Assembly (NCBI GenBank): GCA_937914785.1
Contig: CALGIV010000223.1
Location: forward strand, 1 to 32,124
Reading direction: 5' to 3'
DNA: 32,124 bases
From: an uncultured Eubacteriaceae bacterium
Lineage (GTDB): Bacteria; Bacillota; Clostridia; Eubacteriales; UBA1433
Shown here: piece by piece, positions 1 to 8,474 of the stretch
Layout: each line of letters opens with the position of its first letter
How positions within the stretch are numbered: position 1 is the first letter of the stretch
Made by a program: the position numbers and the translations under genes
The notes under the pieces: model-generated
Told to the model about the DNA's origin: nothing
Database searches by the model: none
The model's input: only the letters and a program-made list of their open reading frames with translations

Positions 1-281
1 GCCATACCGTCATCACGGCGGTTGCCGTGATCAACGCCACAGGGAACAAACGCGTATGTAAAGCAGAAAAGACCATCGTTGAATTCAATCCGCTCAGCGA
101 TGAACAGATCGATGCCTATATCGCGACCGGTGAAGTCTGGGATAAAGCCGGCGCCTATGGCATCCAGGGCATCGGCAGCATATTTGTCAAAAGGATTGAC
201 GGCTGCTTTTTTAACGTGGCCGGCCTGCCGCTGAGCCTGCTGTATCATATGCTGTGTCAAATCGGCTATTCAATCCTCTAA
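1..281 (+). CDS. maf: Maf-family nucleotide pyrophosphatase / septum-formation protein, C-terminal fragment (5' end outside window)
   Basis: The frame of ORF 27..281 stays open back to the window edge. The tail DAYIATGEVWDKAGAYGIQGIGSIFVKRIDGCFFNVAGLPL carries the conserved Maf C-terminal signature (DKAGAYGIQ, NVxGLP). It shows the classic maf-radC adjacency. Confidence 0.85.
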   Translation, partial: HTVITAVAVINATGNKRVCKAEKTIVEFNPLSDEQIDAYIATGEVWDKAGAYGIQGIGSIFVKRIDGCFFNVAGLPLSLLYHMLCQIGYSIL

Positions 282-304
282 AGCTGCAATAAAGGAGAAC
301 TTCT

Positions 305-967
305 ATGACCGGACAAACGTTACTTCCGCAAGAAAAAATGCTGCAGTTCGGCGAACGCGCCTTAAGCGATACGGAGTTGCTGGCCGTCATCCTGCGCACA
401 GGCTCTGTCAATGTTGACGTACTCACGCTGTGTGAAAAGCTCCTCTGTCGGTATCAAAATCTGGCTTCACTCTCAAAATGCACTGTCGAAGAGCTCGTAA
501 AAGACAACGACGGCATCGGCACGATTAAGGCACTGCAAATAAAAGCTGCCATCGAACTGGGGCGCCGCAGCATTCAAAAGCCACTTTTAAAAGAAAAAAT
601 CAGCTCCGCCGAGCAGGCAGCTGAATATGTTTTTGACAGTATGGGCGGATTGGATAAAGAAGTTGTATGCACTTTGTTGCTGGACAGCAAAAGTCAAGTA
701 CTTTCTTATGAAACAATCTCAATCGGGACGTTAAACGCATCTTTAATTCATGCACGCGAAGTATTTAAAAGCGCTATCAAATTCAGCGCTGCAAGTATTA
801 TTTTGTTCCACAACCATCCCAGCGGCGATGTAAAGCCAAGCCTTGAAGATATCCGGCAGACACAAAAACTATCAGAGACCGCAAAAATCGTTGGGATCCC
901 ACTCAAAGACCATATTATTATCGGTGAAAATGCCTATTACAGTATGAAAGAAAATAACTGGCTATAG
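305..967 (+). CDS. radC: RadC-like JAB/MPN domain protein (UPF0758)
   Basis: 220-aa ORF with an AGGAG RBS about 10 nt upstream. N-terminal LSDTELLAVILRTG (HhH-like region) and C-terminal JAMM-type motif HNHPSGD are typical of RadC. Confidence 0.9.
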   Translation: MTGQTLLPQEKMLQFGERALSDTELLAVILRTGSVNVDVLTLCEKLLCRYQNLASLSKCTVEELVKDNDGIGTIKALQIKAAIELGRRSIQKPLLKEKISSAEQAAEYVFDSMGGLDKEVVCTLLLDSKSQVLSYETISIGTLNASLIHAREVFKSAIKFSAASIILFHNHPSGDVKPSLEDIRQTQKLSETAKIVGIPLKDHIIIGENAYYSMKENNWL

Positions 968-970
968 CAA

Positions 971-1339
971 TTACAATACCTTCATCTGATCTAAATTCCG
1001 TTGCTCCTGAATAAAAATATCGGTAATACTAATACCACAAACACTACAAATGCTCGTCAATGCAACCAGACATTCCCCAAGTGCTTCTTCGATTCTTTTC
1101 CGGCAGTTCACACAGGTCATCTGAGTCAATGCGTTGAGAAGCGCATTGTAATCAATCTTATCAATACGTAACATGATCTCGTCAGAGTTTTTCACACAAC
1201 CACAACTCGTCACGCATTCCGTAATGGTCTTCATCAACAGAAAAGAAGCCTTTGCCTGCTTTTCCAACAATTCTGAAACATTGTAACTACCAACTAAACG
1301 TTCATCAATACTCGTCTGGAATTCTTCGCAAATCAACAT
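971..1339 (-). CDS. Hypothetical small cysteine-rich protein (nine Cys in CxxxCxC, CxxC and CxxC patterns); family not recognised
   Basis: The ORF track gives 971..1372, but the ATG at 1372 overlaps the -10 box of a strong promoter. The second ATG at 1339 has a GGAAAAGGGG RBS 8 nt upstream, giving a 122-aa product. The C-terminal EEALGECLVALTSICSVCGISITD is faintly reminiscent of all-alpha MazG/dimeric-dUTPase helices; this is unverified. Confidence 0.6.
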   Translation of the reverse strand: MLICEEFQTSIDERLVGSYNVSELLEKQAKASFLLMKTITECVTSCGCVKNSDEIMLRIDKIDYNALLNALTQMTCVNCRKRIEEALGECLVALTSICSVCGISITDIFIQEQRNLDQMKVL

Positions 1340-1370
1340 AAACGCTACCCCTTTTCCGTTTCCTGCTATC

Positions 1371-1400
1371 ATTATATGGGACGCTTTAAGCTCGTGTCAA
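1371..1400 (-). promoter_or_regulatory. Sigma-A type promoter for the Cys-rich ORF (TTGACA-18-TATAAT)
   Basis: The minus strand reads TTGACA (1400..1395), an 18-nt spacer, then TATAAT (1376..1371). The predicted TSS falls downstream of the 1372 ATG, which supports the 1339 start. Confidence 0.6.
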
Positions 1401-1494
1401 TAACAAGAATTCGAAAAATTTCGACATAAATTTCACCTTTCATACACTTTTCTCTGCCTGTTTTACCGTTTTATTGAATTATGCTTTCGCCTCT

Positions 1495-1523
1495 TTGACT
1501 AATGCAAAGTTTTGTATTATAAT
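1495..1523 (+). promoter_or_regulatory. Sigma-A type promoter for the carD-like gene (TTGACT-17-TATAAT)
   Basis: TTGACT at 1495..1500, a 17-nt spacer, and TATAAT at 1518..1523. This lies about 28 nt upstream of the ATG at 1551, with an AGAGG RBS in between. Confidence 0.65.
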
Positions 1524-1550
1524 AGATAAAATAGAAAAGAGGCAACACTT

Positions 1551-2018
1551 ATGTATAAAAAGGGTGAAGAAGTCGTCCATCCGTTATATGGCGCCGGCAC
1601 GATTTTGGATTTTACAGAGGATGGCGAATATATGGTAGAACTTGACAAGGGAAATATCTCTATGTGCATTCCCTTTGAAAATGCCGATATGATCGGATTG
1701 CGAAAGGTTTGTTCATCGATTCAGATAGATGCGTTGTTCCTCAAATTAAAAAATACTGATTTTGACATCAACACAAACTGGTCTCAACGCTATAAAGAAA
1801 ATATGCAAAAGATCAAGAGCGGCGATTTGTTCTTAGTCGCTGAAGTAGTTCGCGATTTATTGAAAATTGATAACGACCGCGGGCTGTCTACCGGCGAAAA
1901 AAAGATGTTAAACAACGCGAAAAAGATTTTTGTCAGCGAAGTGATATGCGCAAAAAGAATTGAGGAAAATGAAGCGGAAAAGCTGATTAACAGCCTCATT
2001 GATGAAAAAAGCCACTAA
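1551..2018 (+). CDS. carD: CarD/CdnL-family RNA-polymerase-binding transcription regulator
   Basis: N-terminus MYKKGEEVVHPLYGAGTI is the CarD_CdnL_TRCF-type Tudor-like module, followed by a helical C-domain. Its position upstream of ispD matches the carD-ispD-ispF-cysS synteny known in Actinobacteria and Firmicutes. Confidence 0.85.
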   Translation: MYKKGEEVVHPLYGAGTILDFTEDGEYMVELDKGNISMCIPFENADMIGLRKVCSSIQIDALFLKLKNTDFDINTNWSQRYKENMQKIKSGDLFLVAEVVRDLLKIDNDRGLSTGEKKMLNNAKKIFVSEVICAKRIEENEAEKLINSLIDEKSH

Positions 2019-2032
2019 ATAAGGAGGCGTCT

Positions 2033-3141
2033 GTGAAAACAGCTGTAAAGATTATTGCGGCGATTATCGGGCTGGTATACGGTTATCAACTGGGCGAATT
2101 TCTCATCGAAAGCCTGCTTTTGCAGAATCTTCTCGGACTGGAAAGTATCGTTCCACCATATAATTACATCGTTTGCTATGTCTCCGGCGCCGTACTCGGC
2201 ACCATCTTTCTGCTCCTTGCGCCGTATGTATACGACTATTTCGGAAATGCGGCTAAAAAAGCAGAAAAGATGCTGCGAGGCTATTCAACAATCGATTTGC
2301 TGTTAGGCGTTGTCGGCCTGATCATTGGCTTGATTATCGCAATGCTTATCAGTATACCGATCAATCTGCTGTCTATCCCCGTCATTGCAAAAAACATTAT
2401 TATTGTCGTCGAATACGCTACTTTTATCTGGGCATCCGACTCGCTACGACAAAACGCAGCGAATTGCAGGGAGCTTTTAAATTTTTGCCCTTAAAGGGAG
2501 AAAAAGACTCCGAGAGAGAAGCCCGCAAGTTTAAATTGCAAAGCGATGCCATTCCTAAAATCCTCGATACCTCCGCCATTATCGACGGGCGCATTTTAGA
2601 TATCTTTAAAACAGGATTTGTTGAAGGTATTATCGTCATCCCGGAATTCATCTTATCCGAACTCCGGCACGTTGCCGACTCTTCCGATGCATTGAAACGT
2701 AAGCGGGGCCGCCGCGGACTCGATATTCTGAACAGAATCCAAAATGACGTCAATATGCAAGTTAAAGTGCTGGACAAAGACTACGATCAAATCGACGAAG
2801 TGGATGTCAAGCTCGTTAAACTTGCTTTCGATATTAACGGACTTATCATTACAAATGATTATAACTTAAACAAGATTGCCCAATTTCAAGGGGTCGGCGT
2901 ATTAAACGTCAACGAACTTGCAAACTCCGTCAAGACCATTCTGTTGCCCGGCGAAGAAATGGACATCCTCGTGCTGAAGGAAGGCAAGGAAGCAAACCAG
3001 GGTGTGGGCTACTTAGACGATGGCACGATGATCGTCATTCAGGGAGGCAAACCCTATGTGGGCGAACAGATTCACATTATGGTCACGAGCGTTTTACAAA
3101 CTTCGGCCGGACGAATGATTTTTGCCAAGCCGGAGCAATAA
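2033..3141 (+). pseudogene. yacL: YacL-type membrane-anchored PIN/TRAM domain protein, reading frame interrupted (-1) near 2422-2425
   Basis: ORF 2033..2494 encodes the N-terminal transmembrane helices. ORF 2464..3141 encodes PIN (ILDTSAIIDGRI, GRRGLDILNRIQ) plus TRAM (VTSVLQTSAGRMIFAKP). The second frame is already open from 2257 but has no start codon or RBS before a TTG at 2464. Joining the frames at the T4 run gives ...IIIVVEYATF|YLGIRLATTKRSELQGAF..., a continuous protein of about 368 aa and normal YacL length. Confidence 0.7.
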
Positions 3142-3151
3142 TTGGAGTAGT

Positions 3152-3859
3152 ATGAAAAAGCAATTTATCACGGCTATTATCGTCGCAGCAGGCAAATCCT
3201 CGCGGATGGACAAAGCGGTAAACAAGCAGTACATCCCATTGGATAACAAGCCTATTCTGGCATACTCTGTGGAGCGGTTTAATGCGAATAAAAATATTGA
3301 TGAAATAATTATTGTAACCGCTTCCCACGAAGCAGACCTTTGTGGTAAAATAGTCCTTAACCAAATAAAGGCAAAAAAGAAAATCAAAATTGTCGTCGGC
3401 GCAGATACGAGACAAAAATCGGTGTATCAGGGATTGCAAAATTGTAGGCCTGAAACGACGACTGTACTAATCCACGACGGCGCAAGGCCTTTCGTGACCG
3501 ATGATATGATCGATGGTTGCATTGCTCAGATGAAAGCCTATCAAGCCTGCAGCGTCGGGACTGCAGCGATCAATACGATAAAACTTGTCGATAAAAACGG
3601 CCAGGTTATCCAAACACTCGATCGCAATAAGCTGTGGGAAGTGCAGACGCCTCAATGCTTTGATTATGAAGTCTTGTTTAAACTGCATAAGAAAGCTGAC
3701 AAGGCAGGAATCGACGATATTACGGACGACTGCACATTGGCCGAACGTGCCGGCCTGAAGGTAAAAATGCTCAAAGGAAATTATGCAAACATAAAAATTA
3801 CTGTTGCTCAGGATTTGGTAACAGCGCAAAGTATTCTAAAAACGATAAAGCGAGGTTGA
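3152..3859 (+). CDS. ispD: 2-C-methyl-D-erythritol 4-phosphate cytidylyltransferase
   Basis: The N-terminal AIIVAAGKSSRM nucleotide-binding motif and overall IspD-like sequence. The ATG at 3152 has a GGAG RBS 5 nt upstream. The TTG at 3122 in the ORF track overlaps the yacL end and is unlikely. Confidence 0.9.
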   Translation: MKKQFITAIIVAAGKSSRMDKAVNKQYIPLDNKPILAYSVERFNANKNIDEIIIVTASHEADLCGKIVLNQIKAKKKIKIVVGADTRQKSVYQGLQNCRPETTTVLIHDGARPFVTDDMIDGCIAQMKAYQACSVGTAAINTIKLVDKNGQVIQTLDRNKLWEVQTPQCFDYEVLFKLHKKADKAGIDDITDDCTLAERAGLKVKMLKGNYANIKITVAQDLVTAQSILKTIKRG

Positions 3860-3866
3860 TACTGCG

Positions 3867-4832
3867 ATGAGCTTGACAAACGAAAAAATTACCATTATGT
3901 ATAATAAGATGGTCACTGCAAGGCTGTTGGAAGAAATGCTGCACGAAATGTTTTCCGAACATATGCTGCACGGGACCACACATTTGGGGATCGGACAGGA
4001 AGCTTCCGGTATCGGCGCTTGTATGACACTGCGCGATGGCGATAAAGCTACATTGACACATCGCAATCACGTGCAATGTATTGGGCTGGGAATGAATGTC
4101 AAATATTTGCTCGCCGAAATGTTTGGCAAAGAAACCGGCACCAACAGCGGCCTTGGCGGCTCTATGCATCTCATGGATTTAAAAAATGGCAATCTCGGCG
4201 CAAACGGCATCGTCGGCGGCGGGCTGGGCCTCGCATTGGGCGCCGCATTTAAAATGCACTATCACAAAGAAGAAAACGTCGTGATGTGCTTTCTCGGAGA
4301 CGGCGCGACAAACGAAGGGCTTTTTCACGAAGCACTGAATCTGGCATCGATTAAAAATCTACCCGTCGTCTTTTTCGTCGAAAACAATCACTACGCCGTT
4401 TCAATGAATACGAGCCGAAGTATGAAAGTTACCGACATCGGTCAACGGGCAAACGCTTATGGGATTCGCTCGATCATCTTAGACGGTAACGACGCGATAG
4501 ACGTATACAATATGACGTTCTCGGCAGTCCAGTATGTACGTGAAGGCAATGGCCCGATCTTAATCGAGAGCAAGACTTACCGCGTTGCGGGACACTCGAA
4601 AAGCGACGTGAAACAACTCTACCGCAGCCAGGAAGAAGTCGATGCCTGGGTTGCCAAAGACCCGATTAAACGATTGGAAGAATATATCTTGAAAAACAAT
4701 ATCGCCAACAGTGAAATGTTGAAAGAGATCAATACCAGGGTCATGGATGAAATTCGCGAAGCCGTATTGTTCGCACAAAACAGCCTGGATCCTTCTGCTG
4801 ATATTCTAAACAAACACATTTACGCAAAGTGA
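3867..4832 (+). CDS. Thiamine-diphosphate-dependent 2-oxoacid/acetoin dehydrogenase E1 component, alpha subunit (AcoA/PdhA-like)
   Basis: HLGIGQEA, GGSMH, the TPP-binding motif GDGATNEG...ENNHYA, and RVAGHS are all typical of heterotetrameric E1 alpha. GAGG RBS present; 7-nt gap after ispD. Confidence 0.9.
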   Translation: MSLTNEKITIMYNKMVTARLLEEMLHEMFSEHMLHGTTHLGIGQEASGIGACMTLRDGDKATLTHRNHVQCIGLGMNVKYLLAEMFGKETGTNSGLGGSMHLMDLKNGNLGANGIVGGGLGLALGAAFKMHYHKEENVVMCFLGDGATNEGLFHEALNLASIKNLPVVFFVENNHYAVSMNTSRSMKVTDIGQRANAYGIRSIILDGNDAIDVYNMTFSAVQYVREGNGPILIESKTYRVAGHSKSDVKQLYRSQEEVDAWVAKDPIKRLEEYILKNNIANSEMLKEINTRVMDEIREAVLFAQNSLDPSADILNKHIYAK

Positions 4833-4840
4833 GGTAAGAA

Positions 4841-5818
4841 ATGAAAGAGATTACATACAAAGAAGCACTGCGTGAAGCTTTAAGCGAGGAGATGATCCGG
4901 GATGAAAATGTCTTTCTTATGGGTCATGATATCGGCATATACGGCGGCGGTTTTGGCGTAACGGAAGGGCTGGTTTTGCAATTCGGCGAACAGCGTGTCA
5001 TCGACACGCCGATCAGCGAAGCGATTATCGCCGGACTTGCGACCGGCGCGGCTATTAGCGGACTGCGCCCTGTCATTGAAGCGATGTTTTCCGATTTTGT
5101 AACACTGATGATGGACAACATCGTCAATCAGGCTGCTAAATTTTCTTTTATGTCTGCTTCACAGGCCTGCGTTCCCCTCGTATTGAGGATGCCTGCCGGC
5201 TGCGGAACAGGAGCCGGCGCACAACACTCTCAAAGCCTGGAGGCGTGGATGTGTCACGTACCCGGCCTGAAAGTCGTTTTCCCTTCCAATCCGTACGAAG
5301 CAAAAGGATTGATGAAAGCGGCGATCCGCGACAATAACCCTGTCATTTTCTTTGAACATAAACTGGCGTATTCCAGCATCGGCTACGTTCCGGAAGATGA
5401 ATACGTCATTCCGATCGGCCAAGCCAACATTATGCGCAAGGGCAATCACATTACAATGGTCTCCTACGGTCATTCCGTACAGAAATGCTTAATGGCGGCC
5501 GCACATTTAAAAGAGATTGGCATCAGCGCCGAAATCATCGATTTACGCACGCTTTATCCACTGGATGAAGCCACAATCATTAACTCCGTTAAGAAGACCG
5601 GACGTGTAATGATCGTTCATGAAGCGGTCAAAACAGGCGGCCTCGGCGGCGAGATTTCTGCAATCCTTTCTGAAAAAGCGTTTTCTTATTTAAAAGCGCC
5701 GATTTTAAGAATTGCCGGCAAAGATGTCCCCATCCCATTCAGCAAAACGCTTGAAGAAGCCTGTGTACCCCAGATTCAAGATATCGAAAATGCGGCGAAG
5801 AGACTTATGCGAAGATAA
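4841..5818 (+). CDS. Thiamine-diphosphate-dependent dehydrogenase E1 component, beta subunit (AcoB/PdhB-like)
   Basis: Transketolase-like pyrimidine-binding domain (RVIDTPISEAIIAGLATGAA, NQAAK) plus the C-terminal transketolase domain (DLRTLYPLD). GAGG RBS present; 8-nt gap after E1 alpha. Confidence 0.9.
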   Translation: MKEITYKEALREALSEEMIRDENVFLMGHDIGIYGGGFGVTEGLVLQFGEQRVIDTPISEAIIAGLATGAAISGLRPVIEAMFSDFVTLMMDNIVNQAAKFSFMSASQACVPLVLRMPAGCGTGAGAQHSQSLEAWMCHVPGLKVVFPSNPYEAKGLMKAAIRDNNPVIFFEHKLAYSSIGYVPEDEYVIPIGQANIMRKGNHITMVSYGHSVQKCLMAAAHLKEIGISAEIIDLRTLYPLDEATIINSVKKTGRVMIVHEAVKTGGLGGEISAILSEKAFSYLKAPILRIAGKDVPIPFSKTLEEACVPQIQDIENAAKRLMRR

Positions 5819-5843
5819 AAAATTGAACTATTAGGTACCAAAA

Positions 5844-6164
5844 ATGAAAAATAATATTTATGAAGCAAATTTATTCTGCGACGTATGCGGCAAAGAGACG
5901 CTGCACAAGATAACTTATGCCAACGACATGATCGAGCACATTGTCTGCAGTGAGTGTGAACACGGAGTCACACTGGACAAAGATGAAGTCCTCAAACACT
6001 ACAACAACGATCTTATTATGCGCGTGCTCACGAAACCTACCCGTATGACTGAAGAAATGCAGGCGGATTTAAAAGGCTTTCTAAAAAGCATGCCTGTGCG
6101 CCTGTTCTCCAAACCGTACAGAATGATGCTGGAATATAAAAAGATCAACGAGGAACATTCTTAA
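5844..6164 (+). CDS. Small zinc-ribbon protein (C12-x2-C15 ... C35-x2-C38), function unknown
   Basis: 106-aa ORF with two CxxC pairs in the first 40 residues followed by a basic helical tail. Its TAA stop overlaps the ispF ATG (TAATG). The RBS is weak (AGGT). Confidence 0.65.
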   Translation: MKNNIYEANLFCDVCGKETLHKITYANDMIEHIVCSECEHGVTLDKDEVLKHYNNDLIMRVLTKPTRMTEEMQADLKGFLKSMPVRLFSKPYRMMLEYKKINEEHS

Positions 6165-6646
6165 TGCGCATCGGGATCGGCTACGATGCACATCGGTTGA
6201 CAGAAGGGCGCAGCCTCATTCTGGGGGGCGTTCATATCCCCTTTCAGCAAGGGCTTGACGGTCATTCGGACGCCGATGTACTGATCCATGCTATTATGGA
6301 TGCACTGCTCGGCGCCGCTGCACTCGGCGATATCGGCACACACTTTCCCGACAATGATGAACGTTATAGAGGTGCCGCCAGTATAGACTTATTAAAAGAA
6401 GTGGCTCATATGATTACAGAGGCGGGCTACACTGTTTTAAATATCGACAGCATCCTTATCGCGCAGGCACCACGGCTTGCGCCTTATATTGAAAAAATGT
6501 GCCTGCAGATTGCATATGCACTGGCGATAAAACCTTCCTGCATCAGCGTTAAGGCGACTACGGAAGAACAGATGGGCTTTACCGGCGCCGGTGAGGGCAT
6601 CGCCGCAAAAGCGGTCTGCCTGCTGGACAACAGACAGAAAGGATGA
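6164..6646 (+). CDS. ispF: 2-C-methyl-D-erythritol 2,4-cyclodiphosphate synthase
   Basis: [12 protein letters not shown]...[30 protein letters not shown] is the canonical IspF metal- and substrate-binding signature. Confidence 0.95.
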   Translation: MRIGIGYDAHRLTEGRSLILGGVHIPFQQGLDGHSDADVLIHAIMDALLGAAALGDIGTHFPDNDERYRGAASIDLLKEVAHMITEAGYTVLNIDSILIAQAPRLAPYIEKMCLQIAYALAIKPSCISVKATTEEQMGFTGAGEGIAAKAVCLLDNRQKG

Positions 6647-6651
6647 TTTTA

Positions 6652-8052
6652 TTGATTAAAATCTACAATTCACTGACAAACCGAAAGGAAACATTTGAGC
6701 CGCTTGTCGAAGGCGAAGTAAAGATGTATTCGTGCGGTCCTACGGTATACAACTACTTTCACATCGGCAATGCGCGGCCTTTTATCTTTTTTGACGTCGT
6801 ACGGCGCTACCTGCAATATCGCGGTTATCAGGTCACTTTTATTCAAAACTTCACCGACGTCGACGATAAAATCATCAACCGCAGCATCGAAGAAGGAATT
6901 TCTCCGCAGGAAGTAGCGGAAAAATATATCGCGGAATATTTCGTGGACGCCGACGCACTGGGAATCAGGCGCGCAGACGTCCATCCGAGAGTCAGCGAAA
7001 ATATTCCGGAAATCATCAATCTCGTACAAACACTGATCGATAAGGAAATGGCCTACGAAAAAGACGGCAATGTATATTATCGCGTACACGCTTTTCCAGA
7101 GTACGGCAAGCTTTCCAAACAATCGCTGCAGGATTTGGAAGCAGGCTCACGCATTGAAGTGAGCGAAGAGAAGGAAGACCCGCTCGACTTCGCTTTATGG
7201 AAGAAGAAAAAAGAGGGTGAAATCTATTGGGAAAGCCCCTGGGGTCAGGGCCGCCCCGGCTGGCATATCGAGTGTTCGGCGATGGTAAAAAAATACCTCG
7301 GCGAAAGCATCGATATCCACGGCGGAGGCGCTGATCTGATCTTTCCGCATCACGAAAACGAAGTCGCACAATCGGAAGGCGCCACAGGCAAAACACTGGC
7401 TAACTACTGGATGCACAACGGCTATATCAACATCGACAACAAGAAAATGTCAAAGTCGCTCGGCAATTTCTTTACGGTACGCGATATCGCGCAGGAATTT
7501 GATCTGGAAACAGTACGGATGTTCTTGTTGAGCGCGCACTACCGAAGTCCGATCAATTTCAGTAAAGAACTCATTCAGTCGACGGAAAAGTCTTTGGAAC
7601 GCATCTATAATGCCAAGAACAATCTGAACTACCTGCTCTCGTTAAACAACGACAGCCCGTTTGAAGAAAAAGACGCCCGGTGGATTGAGCACATTCAACA
7701 GTACCGCGAAAAGTTTATCGCAGCGATGGATGATGACTTTAACACGGCCGATGCGCTCGCCGCAATTTTTGAACTCGTGCGCGATATCAACGCGACTATC
7801 GACGAATCTTCCGCACCGCAGGTTTTAAACGCCGCCAAGGCGGAACTGGAGGAACTGACCGCCGTTTTAGGTATCGCCGAAAAAGATACTACCGACATCC
7901 TGGACAAAGAAATTGAAGCGTTGATCGAACAGCGCCAGCAAGCGCGCAAAGACAAGGACTTTGCCCTTGCCGATAAAATCCGCGATGAATTAAAAGCAAA
8001 AAATATTATACTGGAGGATACGCGCGACGGCGTAAAATACAGACGCATTTGA
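6652..8052 (+). CDS. cysS: Cysteine--tRNA ligase
   Basis: Class I motifs HIGN (HIGH) and KMSKS; N-terminus (M)[14 protein letters not shown]. The TTG at 6652 sits 9 nt after AAGGA, whereas the ATG at 6643 in the ORF track abuts the RBS directly. The gene overlaps the ispF stop, so there is no separate leader. Confidence 0.9.
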   Translation: MIKIYNSLTNRKETFEPLVEGEVKMYSCGPTVYNYFHIGNARPFIFFDVVRRYLQYRGYQVTFIQNFTDVDDKIINRSIEEGISPQEVAEKYIAEYFVDADALGIRRADVHPRVSENIPEIINLVQTLIDKEMAYEKDGNVYYRVHAFPEYGKLSKQSLQDLEAGSRIEVSEEKEDPLDFALWKKKKEGEIYWESPWGQGRPGWHIECSAMVKKYLGESIDIHGGGADLIFPHHENEVAQSEGATGKTLANYWMHNGYINIDNKKMSKSLGNFFTVRDIAQEFDLETVRMFLLSAHYRSPINFSKELIQSTEKSLERIYNAKNNLNYLLSLNNDSPFEEKDARWIEHIQQYREKFIAAMDDDFNTADALAAIFELVRDINATIDESSAPQVLNAAKAELEELTAVLGIAEKDTTDILDKEIEALIEQRQQARKDKDFALADKIRDELKAKNIILEDTRDGVKYRRI

Positions 8053-8474
8053 CAACACTACACGTAAATAAAGAAAAAATCAATATCGATCACTTAGGCC
8101 CCGCACAGCTTGCTTATATTGGGGATGCCGTATACGAAATCTGTATCCGCCAATACCTGTTGGGCACAGGCATAAGCAAACCCGGCAGACTGCAAAAATT
8201 GGCCGAAGGCTATGTCAAAGCCCAAACCCAACATAAGGCGCTTGAAGCCATCAGGGCTTTGCTGACAGCGGAAGAAGATGCCATCGTGCTGCGCGGCAGA
8301 AATCATAAACATAAAACCAGACCCAAAAACGCGACAGTCGAAGAATATAACAATGCGACAGGCTTTGAAGCGTTGATCGGCTATCTTTATCTGAAAGGCC
8401 GGTCGCAGCGTATCGACGAAATCGTTGCGGCAGCAATCCAGTCTGGAACAGAGGAAGATGAACGTGTACGATAA
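8049..8474 (+). CDS. mrnC: Mini-ribonuclease III (23S rRNA maturation)
   Basis: [10 protein letters not shown] and GRN...[13 protein letters not shown] motifs of Mini-III (YazC). The TTG start overlaps the cysS TGA. Gene order cysS-mrnC matches Bacillus subtilis. Confidence 0.85.
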   Translation: MTTLHVNKEKINIDHLGPAQLAYIGDAVYEICIRQYLLGTGISKPGRLQKLAEGYVKAQTQHKALEAIRALLTAEEDAIVLRGRNHKHKTRPKNATVEEYNNATGFEALIGYLYLKGRSQRIDEIVAAAIQSGTEEDERVR

